Below, one piece after another: positions 18,855 to 28,204 of a stretch of DNA of 33,764 nt. Positions within the stretch are counted from its first letter, which is position 1. Every line of letters begins with the position of its first letter. The notes under the pieces were generated by a model, which saw nothing but the letters and a program-made list of their open reading frames with translations, did no database searches and had not been told where the DNA came from. A program made the position numbers and the translations under genes. Origin of the DNA: a virus (lineage: Duplodnaviria; Caudoviricetes); IMG/VR virus record IMGVR_UViG_3300032319_000440, positions 1-33,764 of that record. One strand, 5' to 3'.

Positions 18855-20498
18855 TTATGATAAATATTCAGAACAATCAATAAATTTTAATTGATTACTT
18901 CCTTTTAGTGTTGCCACTTCATTGGTTAATGGTATAGTAAATTCGTTACCTTTTGTTATTATATTAGTGGTCTTAAAAATTTTAACTACTCTTTTTGACA
19001 CATTAACAAAAACTAATAACCCAACTTTGCTATAATTTTTAGCACCTGATGAACCACCAATAACAACATAATCACCATCAATAACTTCCGTCTTAAATGG
19101 TTTTATTTGTGAGGTTGATTTAACATCGTCTTTTGTAATATTAGCGTCAATACCTTTATTCATATCCGATGCTAGTCCACCACCGCCCGTTATTTCACAA
19201 GAACCTTCACCCCAATTTTCATTTATAATTTGTTTAGCGGCGTCCTCATTTCTTTTTCCAATACAATCGGTTTTCTTTAATATTTTCTCAACTGTCTTAA
19301 ACGTGTTAGACGATTCTCTATTAAATAACGGTTTTTTAATTGCCTCCATAACACTAAAAAATCTTACTAATTCGGAGATATTTTTTTCGGGGTCATCACC
19401 GTATTGAATTGGTTCCATGTTTTGTTTCTTAATGTATTTATTAACGTCTCTATGTATAACACAAAACGCACTGTAAGATGATGTTAAGTTATTCAATAAT
19501 GACCTTTGATTTTCAGCACTGTATAATCCCGGTAGATGACCAATCGGTAATTTATCCCCTTCTTTCCAATTAGCGGGATATAATGTTTTTAATATGTTAT
19601 TCCAACCTCTTACATAAGACGACTTAAATTCTTGATATAGTTTAGATTTTTTAATATTCTCACTATGTGGGAACAATAAATCTCTAAACATTTTTTCTTC
19701 CCCTGGCAAACATTTTTCAGATTGTCCTGTTGCTTCTAACAAAATTTCATTGGTTTCTAGTTTTAGTAATGTCATAACTGTTTCTTCGTTTATTTTGGTT
19801 TCTAATTTCATTTTGTAAAGTTTCTCAACAAATTCCCAATTTACCGCCTCCCAGAATTGTTTGATATAATCATCCCTCCTATTTCTATATTTCAGATAAT
19901 ATGCATGTTCCCATAAATCTAATCCAAGAATCGGATATCCACCATCTTCGACATCGTTCATTAAAGGATTATCTTGGTTTGGGGTGGACATAATTTTTAA
20001 TTTATTGTTTTTCGTAACAATCAACCAAACCCAACCTGAACCAAATCTTTCTTTTGCAACCGTCTCAAATTTTTTCTTGAACTTGTTAAAGGTATCAAAA
20101 TCTTTGTTAATCCTTTGTGAAACTAATTCTTTTGGTTTTTGTGGTGTGGGAGATAACATCTTCCAAAACAATGCGTGATTGTAAGCTCCTCCAGCATTAT
20201 TTCTAATGGTATCATCGTATTTGCTAATTGTTTTAACAATTTGTTCCAAATCCAAATCACCATATTTTTCTTTATCTAAAGCAAGATTTAATTTTTCAAC
20301 ATAACCCTTGTAGTGTTTGTTGTAGTGAAAGTCCATAGTTTCGGGGTCAATAAATTTCTTTAATGCCGTTTTAGCGTATGGTAATTTCTCAATACCTATT
20401 TTTTTCATTTCAGTTATAAAAAATTTTTCACTGTAATCTTTCTCCTTCTTAACTATCTCTTCCTCTAACTGTTCTATTCTATTAACTAAGTTTTTCAT
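18855..20498 (-). CDS. sodA: Fe/Mn superoxide dismutase (Mn-type signature) fused to a ~290-aa C-terminal domain
   Basis: LPY, HYNKH, NNAGGAYNH.LFW, FGSGWVW, NQD and DLWEHAYY; all four metal ligands present; 547 aa versus ~200 aa for a normal SOD. Confidence 0.85.
   Translation of the reverse strand: MKNLVNRIEQLEEEIVKKEKDYSEKFFITEMKKIGIEKLPYAKTALKKFIDPETMDFHYNKHYKGYVEKLNLALDKEKYGDLDLEQIVKTISKYDDTIRNNAGGAYNHALFWKMLSPTPQKPKELVSQRINKDFDTFNKFKKKFETVAKERFGSGWVWLIVTKNNKLKIMSTPNQDNPLMNDVEDGGYPILGLDLWEHAYYLKYRNRRDDYIKQFWEAVNWEFVEKLYKMKLETKINEETVMTLLKLETNEILLEATGQSEKCLPGEEKMFRDLLFPHSENIKKSKLYQEFKSSYVRGWNNILKTLYPANWKEGDKLPIGHLPGLYSAENQRSLLNNLTSSYSAFCVIHRDVNKYIKKQNMEPIQYGDDPEKNISELVRFFSVMEAIKKPLFNRESSNTFKTVEKILKKTDCIGKRNEDAAKQIINENWGEGSCEITGGGGLASDMNKGIDANITKDDVKSTSQIKPFKTEVIDGDYVVIGGSSGAKNYSKVGLLVFVNVSKRVVKIFKTTNIITKGNEFTIPLTNEVATLKGSNQLKFIDCSEYLS
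18859..18866 (-). promoter_or_regulatory. TATTTATC motif
   Basis: 13 nt upstream of the neck-gene ATG (18845), inside the 3' end of the SOD gene. Confidence 0.5.
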
Positions 20499-20501
20499 AA
20501 C

Positions 20502-20509
20502 TATAAATA
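20502..20509 (-). promoter_or_regulatory. TATTTATA motif
   Basis: 3 nt upstream of ATG 20498. Confidence 0.55.
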
Positions 20510-22270
20510 TTAAGATTTATTGTTTATTAATCTCATAATTTCCTCAACAACATCAACTTTATCCATATTATCACCCATTACTGTTTCAAAGATATTTTTC
20601 TTTTTGGATAGGATATCGTAGATAACCCCTTCTATTGTATTCTCAAAGATAGGATAATAAACTGAAACATTTGATTTTTGTCCGTATCTATATGCTCTAT
20701 CTTCCCCTTGGCTATGGTCAGAGGGGACAAATGATAGGTCATTCATAATCACGGCTTCACCGGCAGTTAATGTTAAACCAACACCAGCGGCTTTAAGATT
20801 TCCTACAAATACTTTTATTTTATCATTCGTTTGGAACTCATCAACAGCATTTTGTCTTTTAGCCGGAGAACAACTACCGTCAACATAGACAGCTTTTTTT
20901 CCAAAATGTTCTACCAATTTTTGTAGGGATGCGGTAAAGTTGGTAAATATAATAACTTTCTTTCCTTGTTCTACAATATTCTCGGCAAGTTCTATTGATG
21001 ATTCTATCTTTTCATCCGCAATTATCTGTCTAACTTTTGTAAGTTTGGTAAATTGTAATGTCATAGATGATGATTCTTCAGCTTTGGTTTTATACCAATC
21101 ATAATATTCACCCATTAGTTCCTCGTATAATTTAGACCTTAATCTCAAATAAACGGGAGTGATAATCTTATCAGGTAAATCCAACACATCCTCTTTTAAT
21201 CTTCTTAATACTTGTTTAGATGTTCTATCTCTAAGTTCTTCAAGATTTGATGCACCACTCGTATTCCATATTTTTCTATTACCCCCAACTCTAAACTGAT
21301 ACCCTTGACAATATCTAATTACATAAGCCATCCAATTTCCAGCAACAGGATTCTCAATTAAACTTAATAAGTTATAATAATTGATTGGCCTTGAAGTCAT
21401 TGGTGTTCCCGTTAATAACCATAGTTTATCAACACTTTTGGCGAAACTGTTAATGAGTTTTGTTCTTTGTGCTTGAACATTTTGAAGATAGTGTGCTTCA
21501 TCGATTATTATTAAATCAAAATTACATTTATATATCGGACTATTCTCTTTGTCTTTTATATCATAAAAATTTTTAATAATATCGTAATTGGTAATTACAA
21601 AATCATGTTCAGTTGAGAAGTTTTTACTTTCACAAATGAAAACACTTCTATCACTATAATTGGCAATCTCTCTTTGCCAATTTATCTTAAGGGATGCAGG
21701 ACAAATAATTAAAATCTTTTTCGCCCCTGTTTCTAATGCCGCAATAATGGTTGATGTAGTTTTACCCAATCCCATATCATCCGCCAATATAAATCTTTTA
21801 CTACCAACCAATTTCTCAATGGCTTCTTTTTGATGACCTAATGGGGGACGATGGTCATACTTAGTATAATCAATCTCAACTTGTTCTACCTTATGGGCTT
21901 TAATTATCGCATTCTTTGGTAACCAAAAATCGTGGTTTGTTTCCCCACTAAATACTTTACCCCAAATATGATATGATTTGTCTTTCTCAACCAATAACTT
22001 CTCAACCCAAACTTGTTCAGGAACTATCGTATACAATTTTTCATCGGCAATCTTTTGAGCAAAGTAGGGGTCTAAATCAACCCATTTCTTGGCGACTTTA
22101 GGTTGCATATCGTGGAAATTAATTATATAATCTGATTGTGCTCGAGTGGGGTAAAACTTTTTATTAACCTGAGCCTGATGTTTTAATTTAAGGATATAGT
22201 TATTCGCACCTTCATAGGTGTCCAAAATTTTTAATGCGGTTCTTTCAATTAAGTGAGTTGTATTTTCCAA
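20510..22270 (-). CDS. SNF2-family (SWI2/SNF2) helicase/translocase
   Basis: LADDMGLGKT, CPASL..NW..E, DEAH, LTGTP, RRLK, GVGLTLT, QGEDRAYRYGQ. Confidence 0.93.
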   Translation of the reverse strand: MENTTHLIERTALKILDTYEGANNYILKLKHQAQVNKKFYPTRAQSDYIINFHDMQPKVAKKWVDLDPYFAQKIADEKLYTIVPEQVWVEKLLVEKDKSYHIWGKVFSGETNHDFWLPKNAIIKAHKVEQVEIDYTKYDHRPPLGHQKEAIEKLVGSKRFILADDMGLGKTTSTIIAALETGAKKILIICPASLKINWQREIANYSDRSVFICESKNFSTEHDFVITNYDIIKNFYDIKDKENSPIYKCNFDLIIIDEAHYLQNVQAQRTKLINSFAKSVDKLWLLTGTPMTSRPINYYNLLSLIENPVAGNWMAYVIRYCQGYQFRVGGNRKIWNTSGASNLEELRDRTSKQVLRRLKEDVLDLPDKIITPVYLRLRSKLYEELMGEYYDWYKTKAEESSSMTLQFTKLTKVRQIIADEKIESSIELAENIVEQGKKVIIFTNFTASLQKLVEHFGKKAVYVDGSCSPAKRQNAVDEFQTNDKIKVFVGNLKAAGVGLTLTAGEAVIMNDLSFVPSDHSQGEDRAYRYGQKSNVSVYYPIFENTIEGVIYDILSKKKNIFETVMGDNMDKVDVVEEIMRLINNKS

Positions 22271-22301
22271 AAATACGTTATTTATATAATAATAACAAAA
22301 T

Positions 22302-22315
22302 TATAAATATTTATC
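22302..22315. promoter_or_regulatory. Back-to-back TATTTAT motifs (palindrome ATAAATATTTAT) between divergent operons
   Basis: Minus-strand TATTTATA at 22302-22309 and plus-strand TATTTATC at 22308-22315. Confidence 0.55.
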
Positions 22316-22318
22316 AAT

Positions 22319-22834
22319 ATGGCAAATAATAAAGTTCCAATTACAAGGTTAGGTAAATTCTTCGGCGGTGAAGATTACTCGTTGGATATTAATATGGGTG
22401 AAGAGTGGTTGCATGGTGATATGAACTTCACATTGGTATTATATCGTATTGATAGATACAAAACCAAAACAGACGATGTTTATGGTGAGGTTTCATCTGA
22501 CGGTATAAAATATTTACCTCCTGTAGAGTTTAAGGGATTAGTTCAAATTGTTGCACCTGAAAATAAATTCATGGGTAATTCTAAGATTGAACAGTTTGAA
22601 CCAGGAAATATTAAAGTTTCTGTTTACCAAAAACATTTGGATGAACTTGAAATTGATATTTCCTATGGTGATTATTTAGGATACTATGAAACTGAAACAA
22701 GAGTTAGATATTATGTTGTCGCAAATGATGGTAGGGTTGTTTCAGATAATAAACACACGTACGCTGGCTACAAACCTTTTTATAGAACAATTATTGCAGC
22801 ACCTGTAAGTCAAAACGAATTTAGAGGATTATGA
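22319..22834 (+). CDS. Probable head-closure/neck protein (T4 gp14-like)
   Basis: DDVYGE and GD motifs, size, and position at the start of the tail operon. Confidence 0.6.
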   Translation: MANNKVPITRLGKFFGGEDYSLDINMGEEWLHGDMNFTLVLYRIDRYKTKTDDVYGEVSSDGIKYLPPVEFKGLVQIVAPENKFMGNSKIEQFEPGNIKVSVYQKHLDELEIDISYGDYLGYYETETRVRYYVVANDGRVVSDNKHTYAGYKPFYRTIIAAPVSQNEFRGL

Positions 22835-23472
22835 GAATATTGGTAACAGAAAGACAATTAAAAATACTTGAGCAAAATAAAACTCCTCAAGAACAACTTG
22901 ATGATTTTAATAATCAAGAGGATAAAATTAAATCATCTTTTATACCAAAGAAGGTTGTTAAAAAATGGTTAACTTATCTTGAAACCAAATATCCTTCATT
23001 GTCATTTAGATTTGAATATGGAAATGATGTATTAATTGCCAAAGGTAAAATGAAAAATATTACAGAATCTAATGATATGGATAGTCCTTTAGGTAAAAGA
23101 GTTATGGTACACTATAACCTACACAAACACACGTTTTCTGTAACACATAAGAATTTGGTAATACTTCACGCCGATTATGTTAAATTAAGTGATGTTGAAT
23201 TTAGAGTTAGACCAGGAGGAAAAGATAGAGTTAGAAAGGAAAAATCTAAAAATGTACACGCATTTGTTATTGGTAATTTGGTCGACTATTGTGAGTTCCC
23301 TTGTAATAATTTACCTGAAGATTCGTTGGGTAATGTTGTGACATACAATCCTTACAAATATGATAGTTTTGTTTATAAGGATACCGAAGAACCTATTTAT
23401 CATGCAAAGGAAGTTGATATGATAAATCTTAAAAATAAATTATTCGTAATAAACGAAATAACACAAAGATAA
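22831..23472 (+). CDS. Hypothetical two-part phage protein
   Basis: N-terminal MRILVTERQLKILE leader; C-terminal YNLHK..FSV...KNVHAFV.G...YNPYK domain of unknown function. Confidence 0.7.
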   Translation: MRILVTERQLKILEQNKTPQEQLDDFNNQEDKIKSSFIPKKVVKKWLTYLETKYPSLSFRFEYGNDVLIAKGKMKNITESNDMDSPLGKRVMVHYNLHKHTFSVTHKNLVILHADYVKLSDVEFRVRPGGKDRVRKEKSKNVHAFVIGNLVDYCEFPCNNLPEDSLGNVVTYNPYKYDSFVYKDTEEPIYHAKEVDMINLKNKLFVINEITQR

Positions 23473-24515
23473 TGGGATTTCCAAAAAAAATAAAAAAAGA
23501 CATTAATTTATATCCTGAAAAAACATTATACCCAAGGAGGGTAGAATTGTTGGACAAAATCAATGAACATGGTACTTATTTACCTAAATCAATTCTACAT
23601 GCCGATTTGGATAGAGGTTTTTTAGATTTTGTTAGAGATGACCTAAAGGTTGTTATTGAGGGTAAGATAATACCCGTTATTGATATTTTGGTAACTCTAC
23701 AGAATTGGGCTCAATTTACTGAAACATGGAAATTCCAAGATTTAGATAAAAACGCGACCCCACCATTTATAAGTGTTGTTAGAGTTCCTGAAATAAAGTA
23801 CGGTACTCATCCATCATTAATTTACACAATACCTAATAGAAGACATTATTATTATGCGTCAGTCCCAAGTTTTGACGGGAATAAAATGAATGTGGATGTT
23901 TATAAAATTCCTCAACCAGTTCCTGTTGATATTACATATAATGTAAAAATTTTATGTAGTAGAATGAGAGAATTAAATGAGTTAAATAAAAACATACTAC
24001 AAAAATTTTCATCAAGACAAGCATACACTCAAATCAAAGGACATTATATCCCAATAATATGGAATAATATTACTGACGATGCATCCGTAACTGAAATAGA
24101 AAAAAGAAAATATTACATACAAAGTTATGAATTCACTTTAGTCGGATTCTTAATTGATGAAGACGAATTTGAAATATCTCCAGGCGTACAAAGAACATTA
24201 CAATTATTTGAGACAACCGCTACAGAAAAGAGAAAAGGGAAATCACAAAAGTTAGAGAATACCTCAAGTTATCCTGTTATTTATGAATTTGTTGATGAAA
24301 ATACCGAAATACAAAAAAAATTTTTTGATAGAGTTAACTTAAAAATTATCACTCTAAATAACGTACAAACTTTTGAAGTTTATATAAATGAAAATTATTA
24401 TGGCATAAACTTAACCGAAGTTTCCGTTAATCCGGGAGACAATGTTAATTTCATAATAACTAAAGAGTTCACTGATTTAACCTCACAAATTGATTGTGTG
24501 GCTGTCCTAGTTTAA
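23472..24515 (+). CDS. Probable tail terminator / sheath stabiliser (T4 gp15-like)
   Basis: P.ISV.R and PVPVDITYNV motifs; located before the sheath gene. Confidence 0.6.
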   Translation: MGFPKKIKKDINLYPEKTLYPRRVELLDKINEHGTYLPKSILHADLDRGFLDFVRDDLKVVIEGKIIPVIDILVTLQNWAQFTETWKFQDLDKNATPPFISVVRVPEIKYGTHPSLIYTIPNRRHYYYASVPSFDGNKMNVDVYKIPQPVPVDITYNVKILCSRMRELNELNKNILQKFSSRQAYTQIKGHYIPIIWNNITDDASVTEIEKRKYYIQSYEFTLVGFLIDEDEFEISPGVQRTLQLFETTATEKRKGKSQKLENTSSYPVIYEFVDENTEIQKKFFDRVNLKIITLNNVQTFEVYINENYYGINLTEVSVNPGDNVNFIITKEFTDLTSQIDCVAVLV

Positions 24516-24673
24516 CTTTCCCCGTAAATATCTTTCTTATCCTTACATTTTTCCATGATTAAATTTTCCAAAAACTTGTAAATTTTAATCCCTTTCTTAT
24601 CACAATACTTCTTTAGTACTTCGTGAGATTCCACAGAAATTTTAAGGTTTTTAATTTTTTTCTTATCGTCCAT
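24512..24673 (-). CDS. Small ribbon-helix-helix-like DNA-binding protein (53 aa; not in ORF track)
   Basis: MDDKKKIKNLKISVESHEVLKKYCDKKGIKIYKFLENLIMEKCKDKKDIYGES*: alternating beta strand (KNLKI), helix, G turn, helix. Confidence 0.7.
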   Translation of the reverse strand: MDDKKKIKNLKISVESHEVLKKYCDKKGIKIYKFLENLIMEKCKDKKDIYGES

Positions 24674-24682
24674 AATATATGA

Positions 24683-24768
24683 GGCAGAAAAAAGGTAGAA
24701 AATAATCTGCCATAATATAAATATCTTTTGTAAAGTAAAGTTTTTTCGCGAAAAAAGAAATATTTATT
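24683..24768. promoter_or_regulatory. Divergent control region: repeats, 16-bp palindrome and two TATTTAT motifs
   Basis: GGCAGA 24683, GGTAGA 24694, inverted TCTGCC 24706; minus TATTTATA 24716-24723; TTTTTTCGCGAAAAAA 24741-24756; plus TATTTATT 24761-24768. Confidence 0.5.
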
Positions 24769-24803
24769 AGAAAATAAATCAAACAAAAGAAAATTAAAGA
24801 ATA

Positions 24804-27800
24804 ATGGCAACAAACAGCAAAGTATTCGTATCACCTGGGGTGTATACATCCGAAAGGGATTTAAGTTTCGTAGCTCAAAGTGTGGGTGTAACGACTTTGG
24901 GTATTGTCGGTGAGACCTTAAAAGGTCCTGCCTTCGAACCTATCTTTATTACCAACTACGATGAGTTCCAAGCTTATTTTGGAGGAACAACTCCAGAAAA
25001 ATTTGTGAACACACAAATTCCGAAGTATGAGGCCGCTTACATAGCGAAATCATATCTTCAACAATCAAATCAACTATTTGTAACAAGAGTACTTGGATTA
25101 TCAGGTTATGATGCGGGTCCATCTTGGTCAATTAAAACAATTGCAAACGTAGACGTTGAAACTGTGGCATTTGTTCAATCTTGTTCAGGAAGTCCAATAT
25201 ATAGTCCGGCACCTGCTTGTATTATAACATGTGACCCACCAGTTCCAGTTGCATTTACAGTAGAATTTAGTGGTACCGCAGGACAAGATGGTTCTATAGT
25301 ACTTACAAATTGGGTTGGCGGTAATGAAATCCAAGTTAAATTGGATGATACCTACACTAAATTTAATGGAGGTACTTCAACATTAAGGGAAGATATTAAC
25401 GCAGAATTGTTAACTGTTTTTGGTAGTCCCGCAAAAAGTTCAACAACTATTAGTTACTTTGGTACAATATGGGAAACTGAATATTTTATGTTAGCATCGG
25501 CCTATACTTCATCAACTAACGTTTTTTCGGTTGATAATGTTTGTTCTAAAACCGCTAAATTAAGTTCTCGTTTAAATGATGCTTGGTACTATTCGTTATT
25601 TGATAATTTTAGTGGTAATAGTTATTCAGGTTTCTCATTCTTTAGTGTTGTTGATACTTTAGTATTATTACCAAAAGCAACGACTACAACTACTACGGCA
25701 CCGACAACGACTACAACAACATATAATCCATGTAATCCAGGCGGAGGTGGTGGTGGTAGTGTAACCACAACTACAACTACAGAACCAGATTCTTTCTCAG
25801 GTACTGTTACAGGTTTAATCTACCAATTTACAGGTGATTCTTATGTAAATTATAATAATTTAATAGTTGCAACAATGAGGTCTAGAGGTATCTCTAACTT
25901 TAACACAACTCAACATGGTCCATTGTATGAAGTAAGTGAATTATCTAACGTAGCTTTAGATTTCTCAGGAAGTTATATGGCGGTAGAAAAAAATCCATAC
26001 GCGGCTTTTGGTATTAATATCACAGGTGATAGTGGAACTGTTTACTCATTCAAAGCTTCTATGAATCCTAATATCGTTAGTTACTTACCTAAAGTGTTAG
26101 GTACCGATAACTTCTCTAAACCAAAAACAGAAGTTCCTTTATTTGTTGAATCAAGATTTGACAGTATGGTAAGTTGGGCGTATAAGAAAGGTTATATTAG
26201 AGGATTAAGACAAGAGTTAACATCATTTGATAGTGCAAGGAGTAATCTTCCTGCTAACCACGGTTTTTACGCTGAACAATATAAATCACCTGAAAGTCCT
26301 TGGGTTGTATCGGAATTAAGAGGTAGTGTTGTTTATCGTCTATTTAAAGTTGTTTCTGTATCTGACGGTGACAGTGCTAACCACCAAATTAAAATTTCAT
26401 TTGTTAATATGTCATTTGATAATAACAATTTTGACGTTTTAGTTCGTGATTTTTATGATACTGATGAATCTCCAGTAGTTTTGGAGAAATTCACTAACTG
26501 TTCTATGGATTCTAATCTTAATAGTTTTATTGCTAAAAAAATTGGTACTTCTAACGGTGATTACTCGTTGAATTCTAAATATATTATGTTAGAAATGAAT
26601 GAAGATGCACCTACAGACTCATTACCATGTGGATTTGAAGGATATAGATATCAAGTTTTTAACGAAAATAATCCTCCGTTCCCTGTATATAAAACAAAAT
26701 ACACATACCCTGGTGAACAGGTTTTCAACCCTCCATTTGGTTATTCAGATGGTACTGAAGACGCAACTACTAGTCGCGGTGATAATGTTAGAAGAACTTA
26801 TTTAGGTTTATCAACTAATGTTGATTCTGAATATGATGTTGATTTCTTTGATTATATCGGTAAAATAAACACAGGTACTATTGAAAATCCAACATTGTCT
26901 GATTGGAATTTCTTAACAAAGGGTTTCCACATGGACTCAGGTGCAACATCTATCTTAATTTCAGGTGATTTTACTACTTCAGGTCAACCAGCATATGCTT
27001 GTGGAATTTCTGATTTCAGATTTGACCCAATTGATGAAAACAATCCTTACTATAGAATTTTTGCAAGAAAATTCACTATCATGGTTGCGGGTGGTTTTGA
27101 CGGATGGGACATTTACAGAGAATCAAGAACTAATACTGATAAATACATACTTGGTAAATCAGGTTATTTAGGAGGTGCAGCACCTGACGCTAGATACCCA
27201 TCAGCAAGTGGTGTTGGTTTGTTCAAGAGAATACAAATTGAAGATAACACAGTAGATTGGGCAAATACTGACTACTACGCTTATCTATTAGGACAAAGAA
27301 CATTCTCACATCCTGAATCTACTAATATCAATGTATTTGTAACTCCAGGTATTGACTATATTAATAACTTAGGATTGGTTAATCAAGCGATTAACTTAGT
27401 TGAGATAAATAGAGCCGACTCTTTGTATATTGTAACAACACCTGACTATGATATGTTTGCACCTAATACGATGAACTCTATGGATTTCCATTATCCACAA
27501 GATGCGGTTGATTTATTAGCAGAATCTCAAATAGATTCTAACTACACAGCGACTTATTATCCTTGGGTATTGACAAGAGATAATGTTAATAACACTCAGA
27601 TTTACATCCCAGCAACTGCTGAAGTTTGTAGAAACTTAGCGTTAACAGATAACATCGCTTTCCCTTGGTTCGCATCAGCGGGTTACACAAGAGGTCTTGT
27701 AAACGCAATTAAAGCTAGACGTAAGTTGACTCAAGAAGATAGAGATACTCTATACATTGGTAGAATCAACCCAATCGCGACATTCTCAGATGTAGGTACG

Positions 27801-28157
27801 GTAATTTGGGGTAACAAAACTCTACAAGTTGCAGAAAGTGCTCTTAATAGAATCAACGTAAGAAGATTATTATTACAAGCTCGTAAATTAATATCTGCAG
27901 TAGCTGTTAGATTGTTGTTCGAACAAAATGACCAAAAAGTAAGACAAGATTTCTTAGACGCTGTTAATCCTATCTTAGATGCTATCAGAAGAGATAGAGG
28001 TCTATATGATTTCCGTGTAACAGTTTCTAATTCGTTAGAAGATTTTGATAAAAATCAGTTGGTAGGTAAGATTTATGTTAAACCTACTAAATCTTTAGAA
28101 TTTATCGATATCGAATTCTTGATTACACCGACAGGTGCTTCATTTGAAGATATCTAA
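24804..28157 (+). CDS. Contractile tail sheath protein (T4 gp18-like, enlarged)
   Basis: SPGVY..E.D start, KGP, YYPW, PWFASAG..RG, INPI, IWGNKTL, RINVRRL, FEQND and KPTKSLEFI motifs. Confidence 0.95.
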   Translation: MATNSKVFVSPGVYTSERDLSFVAQSVGVTTLGIVGETLKGPAFEPIFITNYDEFQAYFGGTTPEKFVNTQIPKYEAAYIAKSYLQQSNQLFVTRVLGLSGYDAGPSWSIKTIANVDVETVAFVQSCSGSPIYSPAPACIITCDPPVPVAFTVEFSGTAGQDGSIVLTNWVGGNEIQVKLDDTYTKFNGGTSTLREDINAELLTVFGSPAKSSTTISYFGTIWETEYFMLASAYTSSTNVFSVDNVCSKTAKLSSRLNDAWYYSLFDNFSGNSYSGFSFFSVVDTLVLLPKATTTTTTAPTTTTTTYNPCNPGGGGGGSVTTTTTTEPDSFSGTVTGLIYQFTGDSYVNYNNLIVATMRSRGISNFNTTQHGPLYEVSELSNVALDFSGSYMAVEKNPYAAFGINITGDSGTVYSFKASMNPNIVSYLPKVLGTDNFSKPKTEVPLFVESRFDSMVSWAYKKGYIRGLRQELTSFDSARSNLPANHGFYAEQYKSPESPWVVSELRGSVVYRLFKVVSVSDGDSANHQIKISFVNMSFDNNNFDVLVRDFYDTDESPVVLEKFTNCSMDSNLNSFIAKKIGTSNGDYSLNSKYIMLEMNEDAPTDSLPCGFEGYRYQVFNENNPPFPVYKTKYTYPGEQVFNPPFGYSDGTEDATTSRGDNVRRTYLGLSTNVDSEYDVDFFDYIGKINTGTIENPTLSDWNFLTKGFHMDSGATSILISGDFTTSGQPAYACGISDFRFDPIDENNPYYRIFARKFTIMVAGGFDGWDIYRESRTNTDKYILGKSGYLGGAAPDARYPSASGVGLFKRIQIEDNTVDWANTDYYAYLLGQRTFSHPESTNINVFVTPGIDYINNLGLVNQAINLVEINRADSLYIVTTPDYDMFAPNTMNSMDFHYPQDAVDLLAESQIDSNYTATYYPWVLTRDNVNNTQIYIPATAEVCRNLALTDNIAFPWFASAGYTRGLVNAIKARRKLTQEDRDTLYIGRINPIATFSDVGTVIWGNKTLQVAESALNRINVRRLLLQARKLISAVAVRLLFEQNDQKVRQDFLDAVNPILDAIRRDRGLYDFRVTVSNSLEDFDKNQLVGKIYVKPTKSLEFIDIEFLITPTGASFEDI

Positions 28158-28167
28158 TATTTATAAT

Positions 28168-28197
28168 GGATGGGGAATAAACTCCCCATCCTTTTTT
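28168..28197 (+). terminator. Intrinsic terminator-like hairpin after the sheath gene
   Basis: GGATGGGGA-ataaac-TCCCCATCC perfect 9-bp stem followed by TTTTTT. Confidence 0.8.
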
Positions 28198-28204
28198 GCC
28201 TATT

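Noticed and set aside
24613-24849. 78-aa minus-strand track ORF
   Set aside because: Overlaps the sheath start and control region; the RHH ORF 24512..24673 in another frame is more protein-like.
28166-28180. Mini-ORF MDGE* inside the sheath hairpin as a leader peptide
   Set aside because: Four codons, expected by chance; no supporting evidence.
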